From: an uncultured Acidimicrobiales bacterium
GTDB taxonomy: Bacteria; Actinomycetota; Acidimicrobiia; Acidimicrobiales; CATQHL01
Length of the DNA: 64,000 nt
Direction of reading: 5' to 3'
Assembly: GCA_958295925.1 (NCBI GenBank)
Contig: OY282384.1
Coordinates: 1,572-65,571, forward strand
The notes under the pieces were generated by a model. That model worked only from the letters and a program-made list of their open reading frames with translations, was not told the origin of the DNA and did not search any database. A program made the translations under genes and the position numbers. Positions 45,530 to 54,305 of this stretch are shown in pieces. The stretch's first letter is position 1. The number at the start of each line of letters is the position of its first letter.

Positions 45530-46135
45530 ATGAGTAAGAAAGACACCCTTAGAAACCACGTGGACACTGAGCTCAGAGCAATCCTAAACTTGACCATAGA
45601 AGAGAATGGAATACTACATTCCATCCCAGGAGAGGAAGAAGTAATCCAGGAAGGAACCATCTCTGTATCAGAACTACTACAGATGCGTTACCCACTCAGA
45701 GGAGAGATTACGAATGCCAGAGGAGGATATACACTCTTCAATTTCAGCTTGCCCAGCAGGAAAGAAGTAAGGAGACTAAAAGACCAGTACTTCCTTGAGC
45801 ACGAAAATATGAGATACGTACGCGTCTCAGAGCTCGAAGCAGCAGATTTTCCACAATTAGAATCTGCACAGTGGAGCAACAAATACACCCTAGTAGAGGC
45901 TACAAGGTACCCACCGGAATTCCGCAACGCGATCAAATTCTCGAACGCACGAGCAACTCTGTACAAAGCCTTGATCCAAGGCTTAGACGACACCGAGGAG
46001 AAACTGGAACTAAAAGGGAATTTCGAGAATGCGTTTACCGCATTCAAGGACCAGATAAAGATCACCATAGACGGAGCGAGCCTCAAGGTAGAATGCTACT
46101 TCAAGGTCGCAAGTAAAAACAAGGAACTAACATAG
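45530..46135 (+). CDS. hypothetical protein (lowest-GC gene in the window)
   Basis: GAAGGAG SD; track ORF 201 aa; no motif recognised. Confidence 0.55.
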   Translation: MSKKDTLRNHVDTELRAILNLTIEENGILHSIPGEEEVIQEGTISVSELLQMRYPLRGEITNARGGYTLFNFSLPSRKEVRRLKDQYFLEHENMRYVRVSELEAADFPQLESAQWSNKYTLVEATRYPPEFRNAIKFSNARATLYKALIQGLDDTEEKLELKGNFENAFTAFKDQIKITIDGASLKVECYFKVASKNKELT

Positions 46136-46225
46136 AAGCGAAAACTCCCTTAACATAACCCCTACAATGAAGACTTGCCGCCTGCCTGCATCCATCCTCA
46201 CATCCACCCCCACAGGAGGCAAGTC

Positions 46226-46591
46226 ATGTCTGACCCAGACTCCAGTACCCCACTGTCCTTGCCAGCCGACGACAAGACCAACAGCCCTACCAGTGCCCCC
46301 ACCGACCTCCCCGTCCTGAAGACCGCCCACGCCGAACGAAGACTCCAGCAACGCGGCATCAACCCCGGCATCATCCAGGTCCTCCTGGACTACGGCGTCT
46401 GCCGCCGGATCCGCAACCGCGATTCGATCTCCTACTCCATGAACCGGGACGCGAGGAAGAAAGCCCGCCGCGGCCTGGGCGACGCCCAGTACAAAGTAAT
46501 CGAGAAATGGTTCCACTGCTACCTGGTGGTCTGCCCCAAGAAGGACGTAACCATCACCGTCGGACACCGGAAGCGACGCCTGCGCCGCTAG
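46226..46591 (+). CDS. DUF4258-like putative toxin
   Basis: AGGAGG 46214-46219, ATG 46226; TAHAERRLQQRGINPGIIQVLLDYG resembles the H-x-x-x-R-x-x-x-RGI signature of DUF4258. Confidence 0.5.
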   Translation: MSDPDSSTPLSLPADDKTNSPTSAPTDLPVLKTAHAERRLQQRGINPGIIQVLLDYGVCRRIRNRDSISYSMNRDARKKARRGLGDAQYKVIEKWFHCYLVVCPKKDVTITVGHRKRRLRR

Positions 46592-46689
46592 AAGAAACAA
46601 CCCAGTTTTGGGCTAAACCCAAGGATTAAACGCTATCTAAAGGAACGGATCCAGGTACTCTAAGAACCAAGCCGCTACCAACCAGAACT

Positions 46690-47271
46690 ATGAACGAAAA
46701 CAGACCTTCCCACCACCCCACTTTCGTCCACTGCCGCTACGCCGGGATGAGCCAAGCTCTCGACCGCGACACCTACCACCGCCTCACCCCGCGCCACGGG
46801 GAGCCGCCCAGCGGAGAGCTGGACCGCCATCAACTAATCATCCAGGACTATGCGTTCCTACTGACCAACCTGACCCAAGCCCTGCTGACCGCGAAGGTCC
46901 AACTACGCACCCTGCCCGGCCACCACCGGAGAAACGGCGCCAGCCCCAACGGCCAGCACCCGGAGCAAAATAACGGAGCCCAGCCTTCCACCAACGGCGC
47001 CACCCCCCAGCCCCACGGCCGGACAGTACTCAACATCATCCTGACCCTGGACTACACACAGTTACCACCGACAGGAGAAATGCTGCACCAGGACGCCTGG
47101 CACCAGCCCCGGCTGCTATACCTGGTCGACCAGGAAGACCGCAGCCTCACCGCCATCGTCCACCTGCTCTACGTCATCCAAGGCGACCGGCAGCTCTGCC
47201 TGGGCATGAGCAACCCCGCAAGAGCCAAAGCCCCGCACTGGCAGAAAGTCTCAGTAGCAACGCCAGCGTAG
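46690..47271 (+). CDS. hypothetical protein
   Basis: Track ORF 193 aa, no SD; IIQDYAFLLTNLTQALLTA resembles VIENWTYALTDATAAVLEA of the next gene. Confidence 0.45.
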   Translation: MNENRPSHHPTFVHCRYAGMSQALDRDTYHRLTPRHGEPPSGELDRHQLIIQDYAFLLTNLTQALLTAKVQLRTLPGHHRRNGASPNGQHPEQNNGAQPSTNGATPQPHGRTVLNIILTLDYTQLPPTGEMLHQDAWHQPRLLYLVDQEDRSLTAIVHLLYVIQGDRQLCLGMSNPARAKAPHWQKVSVATPA

Positions 47272-47359
47272 GAAAAGCCCGGCAAGGCAAGAGCTTTACA
47301 ATAACCAGGTTGCCCCAAACCCCCAGAACAGCCAGCAACCGCGAAGGAAACACCCCCAC

Positions 47360-47563
47360 ATGCCGGACTACACCGAATACCCGCACCAGTACGTAGGCAT
47401 CAGCCAGCCCATCGACCAAGCCGAAGCCAAGCTCATGGACAACTACGACCTGTCGGAGTGCATAAGAACCGACAACGGAATCGTCATCGAGAACTGGACC
47501 TACGCCCTGACCGACGCAACCGCAGCAGTGCTGGAAGCAACCCTGACCAAAGAGCAGGAATAG
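47360..47563 (+). CDS. small hypothetical protein
   Basis: Track ORF 67 aa; ends TAG 47561-47563 with the frame continuing open. Confidence 0.5.
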   Translation: MPDYTEYPHQYVGISQPIDQAEAKLMDNYDLSECIRTDNGIVIENWTYALTDATAAVLEATLTKEQE

Positions 47564-47617
47564 ACCAGAACGCGAAAACGCCTGCAGCTATCCCTGCAGC
47601 AGACCGGCGACGCCGCA

Positions 47618-47833
47618 GTGGACGACCTGTTTCCGACCGCGGTTCAAGGCCCCGAACTCCCGAGAATCATCCACGTGGAGCAGCAGAACGGACAGAAGCT
47701 CACCACATTGATGCGACCCAGCTCCTTCACCGGCTGGCTGGAGTCGACCAACCCCAAAGCGACCAGCACCCGAACAGTCGAGCTGGTACAACCCCCGGAA
47801 CGCAGACTGCCCCGGTGGACCGAGCGAACTTAA
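47618..47833 (+). CDS. possible small protein, start undefined
   Basis: Coding-looking frame (..IIHVEQQNGQKLTTLMRPSSFTGWLEST..), in phase with the previous gene across its TAG; no SD before GTG 47618. Confidence 0.3.
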   Translation: MDDLFPTAVQGPELPRIIHVEQQNGQKLTTLMRPSSFTGWLESTNPKATSTRTVELVQPPERRLPRWTERT

Positions 47834-47859
47834 CCCCAACTAACAAGGAGGATTGCCTC

Positions 47860-48120
47860 ATGGCAGACTTCGGCACCGCCATCAGCGACCTGAAAGCAGG
47901 ACACCGGGTCACGCGCCCCGGCTGGAACGGCCAGGGCATGTACCTGGAACTGCACAAAGCGGGCCCCGACTGCCCCATGACCAACGACTACATCTTCATG
48001 AAGACCAGCGACGACAACTTAGTACCCTGGCTAGCCAGCCAGACCGACATGCTGGCCGAAGACTGGACCCGAACCCTCAACCCGGAAACCCCGGCCGTAG
48101 CCGAACCGCAGACCAGCTAA
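47860..48120 (+). CDS. DUF2829 / Tad2-like protein (anti-Thoeris family)
   Basis: AAGGAGG 47845-47851, ATG 47860; FGTAISDLKAGHRVTRPGWNGQGMYL..IFMKTSDDNLVPWLASQTDMLAEDW matches the DUF2829 signature. Confidence 0.8.
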   Translation: MADFGTAISDLKAGHRVTRPGWNGQGMYLELHKAGPDCPMTNDYIFMKTSDDNLVPWLASQTDMLAEDWTRTLNPETPAVAEPQTS

Positions 48121-48135
48121 GGGCAAGGACGGAAG

Positions 48136-48420
48136 ATGTTCATCAAAGTGCCGGTCTACGACGACCATTCCCAGCACGACCAATGGCTGAACGCCAGGCT
48201 AATCGCCAGGATGCGCGAAGGCACCACCACGCGGGAAGGCGGCATCGGCACAATAAACTCCAGCTTCCGGGAACGGACCGAAGGCGCAGACCGCTTACCC
48301 GCAACCAGGATCGAAATGCGCCACACCAGCGAAGTGATACTGACCCCGATGCCGATGAGCGAGCTGAGCAGAGAGCTGACCAAAGCACTAAACCTGCCCC
48401 ACCCGGGCGTACCAGGGTAG
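48136..48420 (+). CDS. hypothetical protein
   Basis: Track ORF 94 aa. Confidence 0.5.
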   Translation: MFIKVPVYDDHSQHDQWLNARLIARMREGTTTREGGIGTINSSFRERTEGADRLPATRIEMRHTSEVILTPMPMSELSRELTKALNLPHPGVPG

Positions 48421-48458
48421 GCCCCAGCTACCCCAACTCCAATAGGAGCATTCCCACC

Positions 48459-49430
48459 ATGCCCATTCACCTAATCGCAATAGGCGGAGCCGTCGGAGTA
48501 GTCACCCTCGGTATCACCGCCCATGCCGCCCTGAAGAAAAGAAACGCCAAGAAACGATTCGAAGCGAAGAAGGAAGGGACCCAGCGCATCGAAGAGGAAA
48601 CGAAGAACGTCCACCGGGACTTCACCACCGCCAGCGAGACCCTGGGCCGAACCCGGGTCAAAGCCACCGAAACCCTGCAGCAAGCCGCCGATTATCTACG
48701 CGGCATAGCCAAGCAGTACGACCTGGAAGCCATCCCCGAAATACCCGACGAAGTCCTAGCGGAATGGACAGAGCTAGAACAGGACATCAAGGTCAGCCTA
48801 GGAGTCAGCACCGCCGCCGGCGCGACCAGCGGAGTAGCCGCCGCCACCCCCAGCGCCTTATATACCGCGGCCGGACTCTTCGGAGTAGCCTCCACCGGCA
48901 CCAGAATCAGCACCCTATCCGGAGCAGCGAACGAAGCTGCACGATTAGCCTGGCTGGGCGGAGGAGCCCTAACCTCCGGCGGCGGAGGAATCGCCGCCGG
49001 AGCCACCATACTGAACGTGGCCTCCCGGGCCAACATAGTACTGGCCCCCATCGCCCTGGCCACCGCCCTCTGGAGCGAGAAGAAAGCCCACGAGGCCGAA
49101 CAGGAAGTCAACGAGAAAATCGGCCAGCTCAATCAGACCGAAGCCAAACTCGGGCTGAAGGCCAGCACCATGCGCACCGCCATGCTGCGCATCAAGGAAC
49201 TCAAGACCGGAATCGAAAACGGCGACAAGGCAGTCCAGGACCTGCTGGCCAAGGCCCGCGCCCTGCCCCTGCCGGCGCTGAACGCCCCCGAGGGCAGCGT
49301 CAACGTCCCAGTGGAACCAGACCTGCACCTGCCCCACCAGGTCTACCTGGGCGCCAAGACGCTACGCAGCCTGATCGAAGAACCGGCCCTGAACAGCGCC
49401 CAACGCGCCATCCTGGAGCAGGAAATATGA
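48459..49430 (+). CDS. TM + coiled-coil + AWLGGG glycine-rich core protein (G family, member 1)
   Basis: ATG 48459 inside track ORF 47853..49430; MPIHLIAIGGAVGVVTLGITAHAALKKR; core STGTRISTLSGAANEAARLAWLGGGALTSGGGGIAAGATIL. Confidence 0.7.
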   Translation: MPIHLIAIGGAVGVVTLGITAHAALKKRNAKKRFEAKKEGTQRIEEETKNVHRDFTTASETLGRTRVKATETLQQAADYLRGIAKQYDLEAIPEIPDEVLAEWTELEQDIKVSLGVSTAAGATSGVAAATPSALYTAAGLFGVASTGTRISTLSGAANEAARLAWLGGGALTSGGGGIAAGATILNVASRANIVLAPIALATALWSEKKAHEAEQEVNEKIGQLNQTEAKLGLKASTMRTAMLRIKELKTGIENGDKAVQDLLAKARALPLPALNAPEGSVNVPVEPDLHLPHQVYLGAKTLRSLIEEPALNSAQRAILEQEI

Positions 49431-49807
49431 CCAGCCACCTGGGAAAGATAATAGGCCTCACGCCGTTAGTCGAAAGCACCCTGCAGTCCATCAGCGAGAT
49501 GTACCAAGCCCATGAGGCTGCCGCCACTCAGCAGGCCTGGATCCAGGAGTATTCCGCGGTCCTGACCCGGAAACTAGAACTGGAACAGGAGCAGATACTC
49601 CGCTACTACGAACTGAGATTCGCCGAGCGGCACGAAGCGCTGCAGGAGTTCTACGACCTGCTGCACCAAGCCGTCGCCAGCGGCAACAACCAGCATCTGC
49701 TGTTCGCCCTGCAGAGCATCCTGGGCATCATCAAGCTGGACCCCCTGGCCGACTACGACCAATTCGTTGTAGCCTACCGAGACACCAACCACGTGCTGGA
49801 GATTTAG
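49427..49807 (+). CDS. small partner protein (S family, member 1)
   Basis: ATGA overlap with 48459 gene; RFAERHEALQEFYDLLHQAV..HVLEI parallels 51026..51403. Confidence 0.65.
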   Translation: MTSHLGKIIGLTPLVESTLQSISEMYQAHEAAATQQAWIQEYSAVLTRKLELEQEQILRYYELRFAERHEALQEFYDLLHQAVASGNNQHLLFALQSILGIIKLDPLADYDQFVVAYRDTNHVLEI

Positions 49808-49808
49808 C

Positions 49809-50249
49809 TTGGAGAAGCTCAAAAGAAGATTACCCCAGGTATTAGTGACTACAGCCGCCACAGCCTTAGTAGCTATGAGCATAAACACGACACTGGAACA
49901 AGGAGACAGTCGACTGCAGCAAGCTTGGCAGGAAGCCATAGACTACGACCGAAGCCGGGAAGGGAGCGAGTACACGAAGACGCAGAACGAGGCCTGGAAG
50001 GAGTTCCTCACGAACAAGAGATACGAACTAGACGAGGAACTAAGAGAAGTAAGACAAGACATAATATCCTTTCAGAGCCGGTACCTCACCTGCTCGAGAA
50101 ACGCAATGGCTGCTGCCAACACAGAAGCCATGCAACAATGCGAGACAATGTGGGGGCCATTCCGAGACAATCAAGACCGCCAGCACCAGCTGCTCGGCGA
50201 GATAGGAATCACCAGACAACTCTACGAAACCGCCACCAAGCGACCGTAA
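49809..50249 (+). CDS. hypothetical secreted/anchored protein
   Basis: GGAG + 8 nt + TTG 49809; hydrophobic N-terminus LPQVLVTTAATALVAMSI. Confidence 0.45.
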   Translation: MEKLKRRLPQVLVTTAATALVAMSINTTLEQGDSRLQQAWQEAIDYDRSREGSEYTKTQNEAWKEFLTNKRYELDEELREVRQDIISFQSRYLTCSRNAMAAANTEAMQQCETMWGPFRDNQDRQHQLLGEIGITRQLYETATKRP

Positions 50250-50286
50250 GAGAAGAACCTGCATTGCAAGAATCAGGAAGACGAAA

Positions 50287-50997
50287 ATGGGATTCGGACG
50301 AGACCTAAGGGCCGCAGCCACCTTCGGAACAGTTCACACCAGGAAGCATAAGAACGCCGAAGACGCGCTAGAAAGGCGGACAGTCATCCACGAAGAAAGA
50401 GTAAGGCAGTTCTACGAAAGCAGAGAACGCCTCCAGACCCACGTCAAAGAAATGAACCAAGCATTCAACCAAGCCCAAGAAGTCCTCCGCACCAAAAAGC
50501 CAATAGGCCAGCCCAATGATTCCAACTCGAACCGAAGAGTAGAAGACCCAGGAATAAACTTCGACGAATTATTCGACATACACATGCTATTCCCCTGGCC
50601 ACCCTTCCTGGGCTTAGGCATAATCACACTGCCGCTCGGAGCAGCCATCGCTGGGAAACAAGAAAGAGAGTTCCTAGAAATGAGCAGGCAATCCGCGGAA
50701 CGGATGACCGCAATAGAAAGCGACTTCAACTCAATCACAGAGAAACTGCCGCCATACCAGGACCTGCAAAGGACAACGGAAGAGCTACAGACACATACGA
50801 GGGAACTAGCAGAAAGCACACCCGAGGCACCGGCAGAGGAAGAGCATGCCTACCAATTAGAACAAGCGATGCTCCAGGCATTACACCTGATACGAGCAAT
50901 CAACGAAGCGACTGGAGAACCAGACACCAGCCAGTTCTACCGCCAGCATAGGCAACAAGAAGGACCCGAGCGAGTAAACGGAGCCATACCACTCTAG
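50287..50997 (+). CDS. divergent G-family member (reduced hydrophobic core, no N-terminal TM)
   Basis: TFGTVHTRKHKNAEDALER aligns with GGLTATKHGSDRIKRAQ; core reduced to PPFLGLGIITLPLGAAIAG. Confidence 0.55.
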   Translation: MGFGRDLRAAATFGTVHTRKHKNAEDALERRTVIHEERVRQFYESRERLQTHVKEMNQAFNQAQEVLRTKKPIGQPNDSNSNRRVEDPGINFDELFDIHMLFPWPPFLGLGIITLPLGAAIAGKQEREFLEMSRQSAERMTAIESDFNSITEKLPPYQDLQRTTEELQTHTRELAESTPEAPAEEEHAYQLEQAMLQALHLIRAINEATGEPDTSQFYRQHRQQEGPERVNGAIPL

Positions 50998-51025
50998 TAA
51001 GAACCACCACGTCAAGAGGAAGCCC

Positions 51026-51403
51026 ATGGTAGCATCAGCAGCGTTCACCGGGGCCAGAATAGCCGGCCCCGCCATAGCCAGCCTACTGTTCAAGTACCTC
51101 ACCCAGGACACCGAGAAGACCGACCTGGAAGTAGCGAAACTACACGCCCAACGCGACGTCCTCATCGCCCAGATCAACGCCGAGCAGCAAGTCCTCCAGT
51201 CCTACATCGACCAACGATTCGCCGAACGCCGCGGCTCCCTGGACGACCTCTTCGGCCTCCTACACCAGGCAGTCGATAATAATAACAACGACCAGATACA
51301 CGTCATGCTAGCCGGGATCCTGAACATCATGCAGCAGAACCCCCTGGAAGAACTCAACGTCTTCATCGAACGCTGGGAGCAAGGGCACATCATAGAGATC
51401 TAA
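51026..51403 (+). CDS. small partner protein (S family, member 2)
   Basis: RFAERRGSLDDLFGLLHQAV..HIIEI. Confidence 0.65.
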   Translation: MVASAAFTGARIAGPAIASLLFKYLTQDTEKTDLEVAKLHAQRDVLIAQINAEQQVLQSYIDQRFAERRGSLDDLFGLLHQAVDNNNNDQIHVMLAGILNIMQQNPLEELNVFIERWEQGHIIEI

Positions 51404-51438
51404 ACAGAGCACAAAGTCTCAAGGAGTCGAATACGACC

Positions 51439-53829
51439 ATGCCATTCTTCATCCCCATCCTCGTTGGTATCGGAATAGCCGCCGCGTTAAGCGGCTCAGG
51501 CGCCGCAACTATCCACGCCAACGATCGTAAGAAGAAAGCCAGGAAACGCCTGAAGCGGAGCGAAACGGAATACACCAACCAAGGCCAGAAGACCCAAGAC
51601 TTCCAAGAACAAGTAAACAAAGCGATCGAGAGCTTGGGCCAAGACCGCATCGACGCCATGCGGACGATCAAGGAGGCAATCACTTTCCTGCAACAGGCCA
51701 GACTGAAGAATCCCAACCTGATCGTTGACGACCTGCTCAAAGACCTCCAGGAGCTGGAGAAGCTAGGCCAGATCTACGACCCCATACTAAGCAAGATAAC
51801 AACCAACGCCGCCGGGACCGCCGGCGGCCTGGCCGTGGGCGCCTTAGCTTCACTAGGAGCCTACGGCCTAGCCAGCACCATCGGCATCGCCTCTACCGGC
51901 GCAGCCATCTCCGGACTCAGTGGAGCCGCCGCCAGCTCAGCAGCCCTAGCCTGGCTAGGCGGAGGGGCACTAGCCGCCGGTGGCGGAGGCGCAGCCCTAG
52001 GCGCCAACCTGATACTGCCAGGAATCGCGATCATCCCCACCATTGCCGCGTGGGGCATACTGGCGGAGTTCCAGGCCGGGAACTTCGAGAAGAAAGTGGA
52101 CGACGAAGTCTCCCGCATCAGAAAGGAAATCAGCGAGCTCAAACTGCTCCATACCAAGTTCGACGGCATCCACCAACGCACCCAGGAAATCAGCCGAGCC
52201 GTAAGAGAACTGAACCAGCTACTCCAGGAACAGCTGAAGACCGAACGGCAGAAAGAAGCCGCCGGCCAGGCGACCAAAGAAGAAAAGTACGCCGGACTAC
52301 AGCGGATCGCCCTGCTGGCCAAAGCACTGCGCGACACCCTGGACATCCCGGTAATCAACAAGAACGGCGAGGCCGCCACCGGACCAGTCCGTTCCCCACA
52401 CCATCCCAACGGCTCACAGGCATCGCTACCCAGCGCCCACCCAACAAGAGTGGAGAGCTATCAAACCACCAAGACCATCACCCGCTCCGGCACCGGCGCC
52501 GCCGTCCCCCAGGTCTTCACCCTGAACAGCGGACTAGCCATCATCGAGTGCGAGCACCGCGGCGAGGGAACCTTCCAGGCCACCCTCGAACCAGCCAACA
52601 AAGAAGCCGGAGACCCGGCCGTAACATTGGCCGACACGGAAGGAAGCATCAAACGACAGCAACTCGTCATGATCCAACCCCACCCGGCCGAAACCGCCGG
52701 AAAGCCATTTCCCAAGACCTACTACCTGAGAGTCAAAGCCAGCGGCAAATGGACCGTAACCATCACCCAGCCCAGGGCCGGAGGCAGCAAAGCCCCCACC
52801 GACTGGAACGGAACAACCACCCCACCCCACCAGCCCTATTTCTCAGCGCCCTTCACCATCGGCTCCCAGCCAATCGCGCTGCATCACGAACAGAAGAACC
52901 CCTCACCATTGAGCGTCACCGCCTACCCCGTGGACGGCAGAGGCGAACCGATCGACATCATCCGCTCGGTGAATCAGAACGGCCCCGCCAGCAACCTGCT
53001 CCTCCAGCCCAACACCGAATACATGCTGGAAGTGGAAGCCGCCAGCGATTGGTCCCTCACCGTCGTCCCGCCGCCACAATCAAAAACGCTTCAGGCCCCC
53101 GACCAAAAAGCCCTGCGCAAGGCCCTGAACGCCGGCCGAAGCGTCGAACGCCGCGGCACCGACAGCCGGAAAACGACCACCACCTTCCACCTGATCCCCG
53201 GCCTAGCCCTGGTCACCACCAAGCACGAAGGCGCCGGACAATTCAAGGTAGTGCTACGCCCCAACACCGCCCCCAACGGCCATTCAACAGGCGCCACCCC
53301 GCAACCAACCCCGGTACCCCACATCGTCCTGATCGACAAGGTAGGCGCAGCCGACACCAACGACCTTTACGTCATCATGAACGAAGCGCCACCGGCACCG
53401 CCAAGCAAGGATACAACTGAAGAGACCAGCCCCACCGTGAGAACCCAGTCCATCCAGACCGGCCCCTGGCCCTGGAAGGACTACACCCTGGAAGTAACCG
53501 CCGACGGCCCCTGGAAAATCAAACTCAGCCAACCCGCCGCCGGCCTGGCCAAGCCCTGCCCCGGCTGGCAAGGCGAAGGCATGCTGCCCGGACGCAGCGT
53601 CATCACCGAGCCGGTCACCTTCCCCAGCGCCAGCCGCCAACTCTTCCTAGAGCACTCCGGCCCCGGAGCTTTCATCGTCGACGCCTACCCGGTGGACGGC
53701 AGCAGCCCGCCGGTCAACCTGGTCCGAACCAAAGGAAAATACGCCAAACGCCCCGAGACCGAACTGAAAGAGAACTTAGAATACCTACTGGAAATCCAAG
53801 CCGAAAGCGACTGGAAACTCAAAGCCTAA
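51439..53829 (+). CDS. G-family N-terminal module fused to a duplicated beta-rich C-terminal region
   Basis: MPFFIPILVGIGIAAAL; STGAAISGLSGAAASSAALAWLGGGALAAGGGGAALG; two C-terminal repeats of about 224 aa (VFTLNSGLAIIECEHRGEGTFQATL / TFHLIPGLALVTTKHEGAGQFKVVL). Confidence 0.7.
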   Translation: MPFFIPILVGIGIAAALSGSGAATIHANDRKKKARKRLKRSETEYTNQGQKTQDFQEQVNKAIESLGQDRIDAMRTIKEAITFLQQARLKNPNLIVDDLLKDLQELEKLGQIYDPILSKITTNAAGTAGGLAVGALASLGAYGLASTIGIASTGAAISGLSGAAASSAALAWLGGGALAAGGGGAALGANLILPGIAIIPTIAAWGILAEFQAGNFEKKVDDEVSRIRKEISELKLLHTKFDGIHQRTQEISRAVRELNQLLQEQLKTERQKEAAGQATKEEKYAGLQRIALLAKALRDTLDIPVINKNGEAATGPVRSPHHPNGSQASLPSAHPTRVESYQTTKTITRSGTGAAVPQVFTLNSGLAIIECEHRGEGTFQATLEPANKEAGDPAVTLADTEGSIKRQQLVMIQPHPAETAGKPFPKTYYLRVKASGKWTVTITQPRAGGSKAPTDWNGTTTPPHQPYFSAPFTIGSQPIALHHEQKNPSPLSVTAYPVDGRGEPIDIIRSVNQNGPASNLLLQPNTEYMLEVEAASDWSLTVVPPPQSKTLQAPDQKALRKALNAGRSVERRGTDSRKTTTTFHLIPGLALVTTKHEGAGQFKVVLRPNTAPNGHSTGATPQPTPVPHIVLIDKVGAADTNDLYVIMNEAPPAPPSKDTTEETSPTVRTQSIQTGPWPWKDYTLEVTADGPWKIKLSQPAAGLAKPCPGWQGEGMLPGRSVITEPVTFPSASRQLFLEHSGPGAFIVDAYPVDGSSPPVNLVRTKGKYAKRPETELKENLEYLLEIQAESDWKLKA

Positions 53830-53864
53830 AGCCAACAGCCCCACGCACTAGAAGGAAGCATCAC

Positions 53865-54257
53865 ATGCCTTTTCACACATTTACCGAGGGCCACGTAGGA
53901 CACCCCACCAGCGAATACAAAGAAGCCCACTGGGTCAAAGCAAAGAACATCCGCATCAACCTGGACCACGTCACCCACGTCTACGAAGCCGACTACGGCA
54001 GCATCGCCACCCACCAACAGAGAACCGAACACTACTTCCACCTGGTAACCGGAGAGACCATCAGAATAGACGAAGAGTACCTGCCGCCCTGCGACAATTG
54101 CCTGGAACCAATCCTACCCCAGGGCATCCAGAACGACCACGGCCTGCGCAAGTGCATCCCCGCCCCCAGCGTCATCGCCCTGCGGGAACGCGCCAAAGCC
54201 GAACACGAACAGCAGATGCAGGAAATCAGCCAAGCCAACTATCCTCAGGCCATCTGA
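53865..54257 (+). CDS. hypothetical protein
   Basis: GAAGGAAG SD; track ORF 130 aa. Confidence 0.55.
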   Translation: MPFHTFTEGHVGHPTSEYKEAHWVKAKNIRINLDHVTHVYEADYGSIATHQQRTEHYFHLVTGETIRIDEEYLPPCDNCLEPILPQGIQNDHGLRKCIPAPSVIALRERAKAEHEQQMQEISQANYPQAI

Positions 54258-54305
54258 ACCCGGTTAGACTGAAAGCACCCCCACCAGCATAAGGAGCCGC
54301 CCGCA

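Noticed and set aside
52050-53420. Long Arg/Pro-rich alternate-frame + ORFs (e.g. 424..741, 4420..4869, 10973..11488, 16356..16814, 17915..18922, 47853..48458, 48764..49426, 52050..53420, 58937..59857, 62781..63455)
   Set aside because: These are off-frame readings of real genes or of the antisense of the 746-aa gene. Their R/P/G/H-rich composition is typical of shifted frames in GC-rich DNA, and they have no SD.
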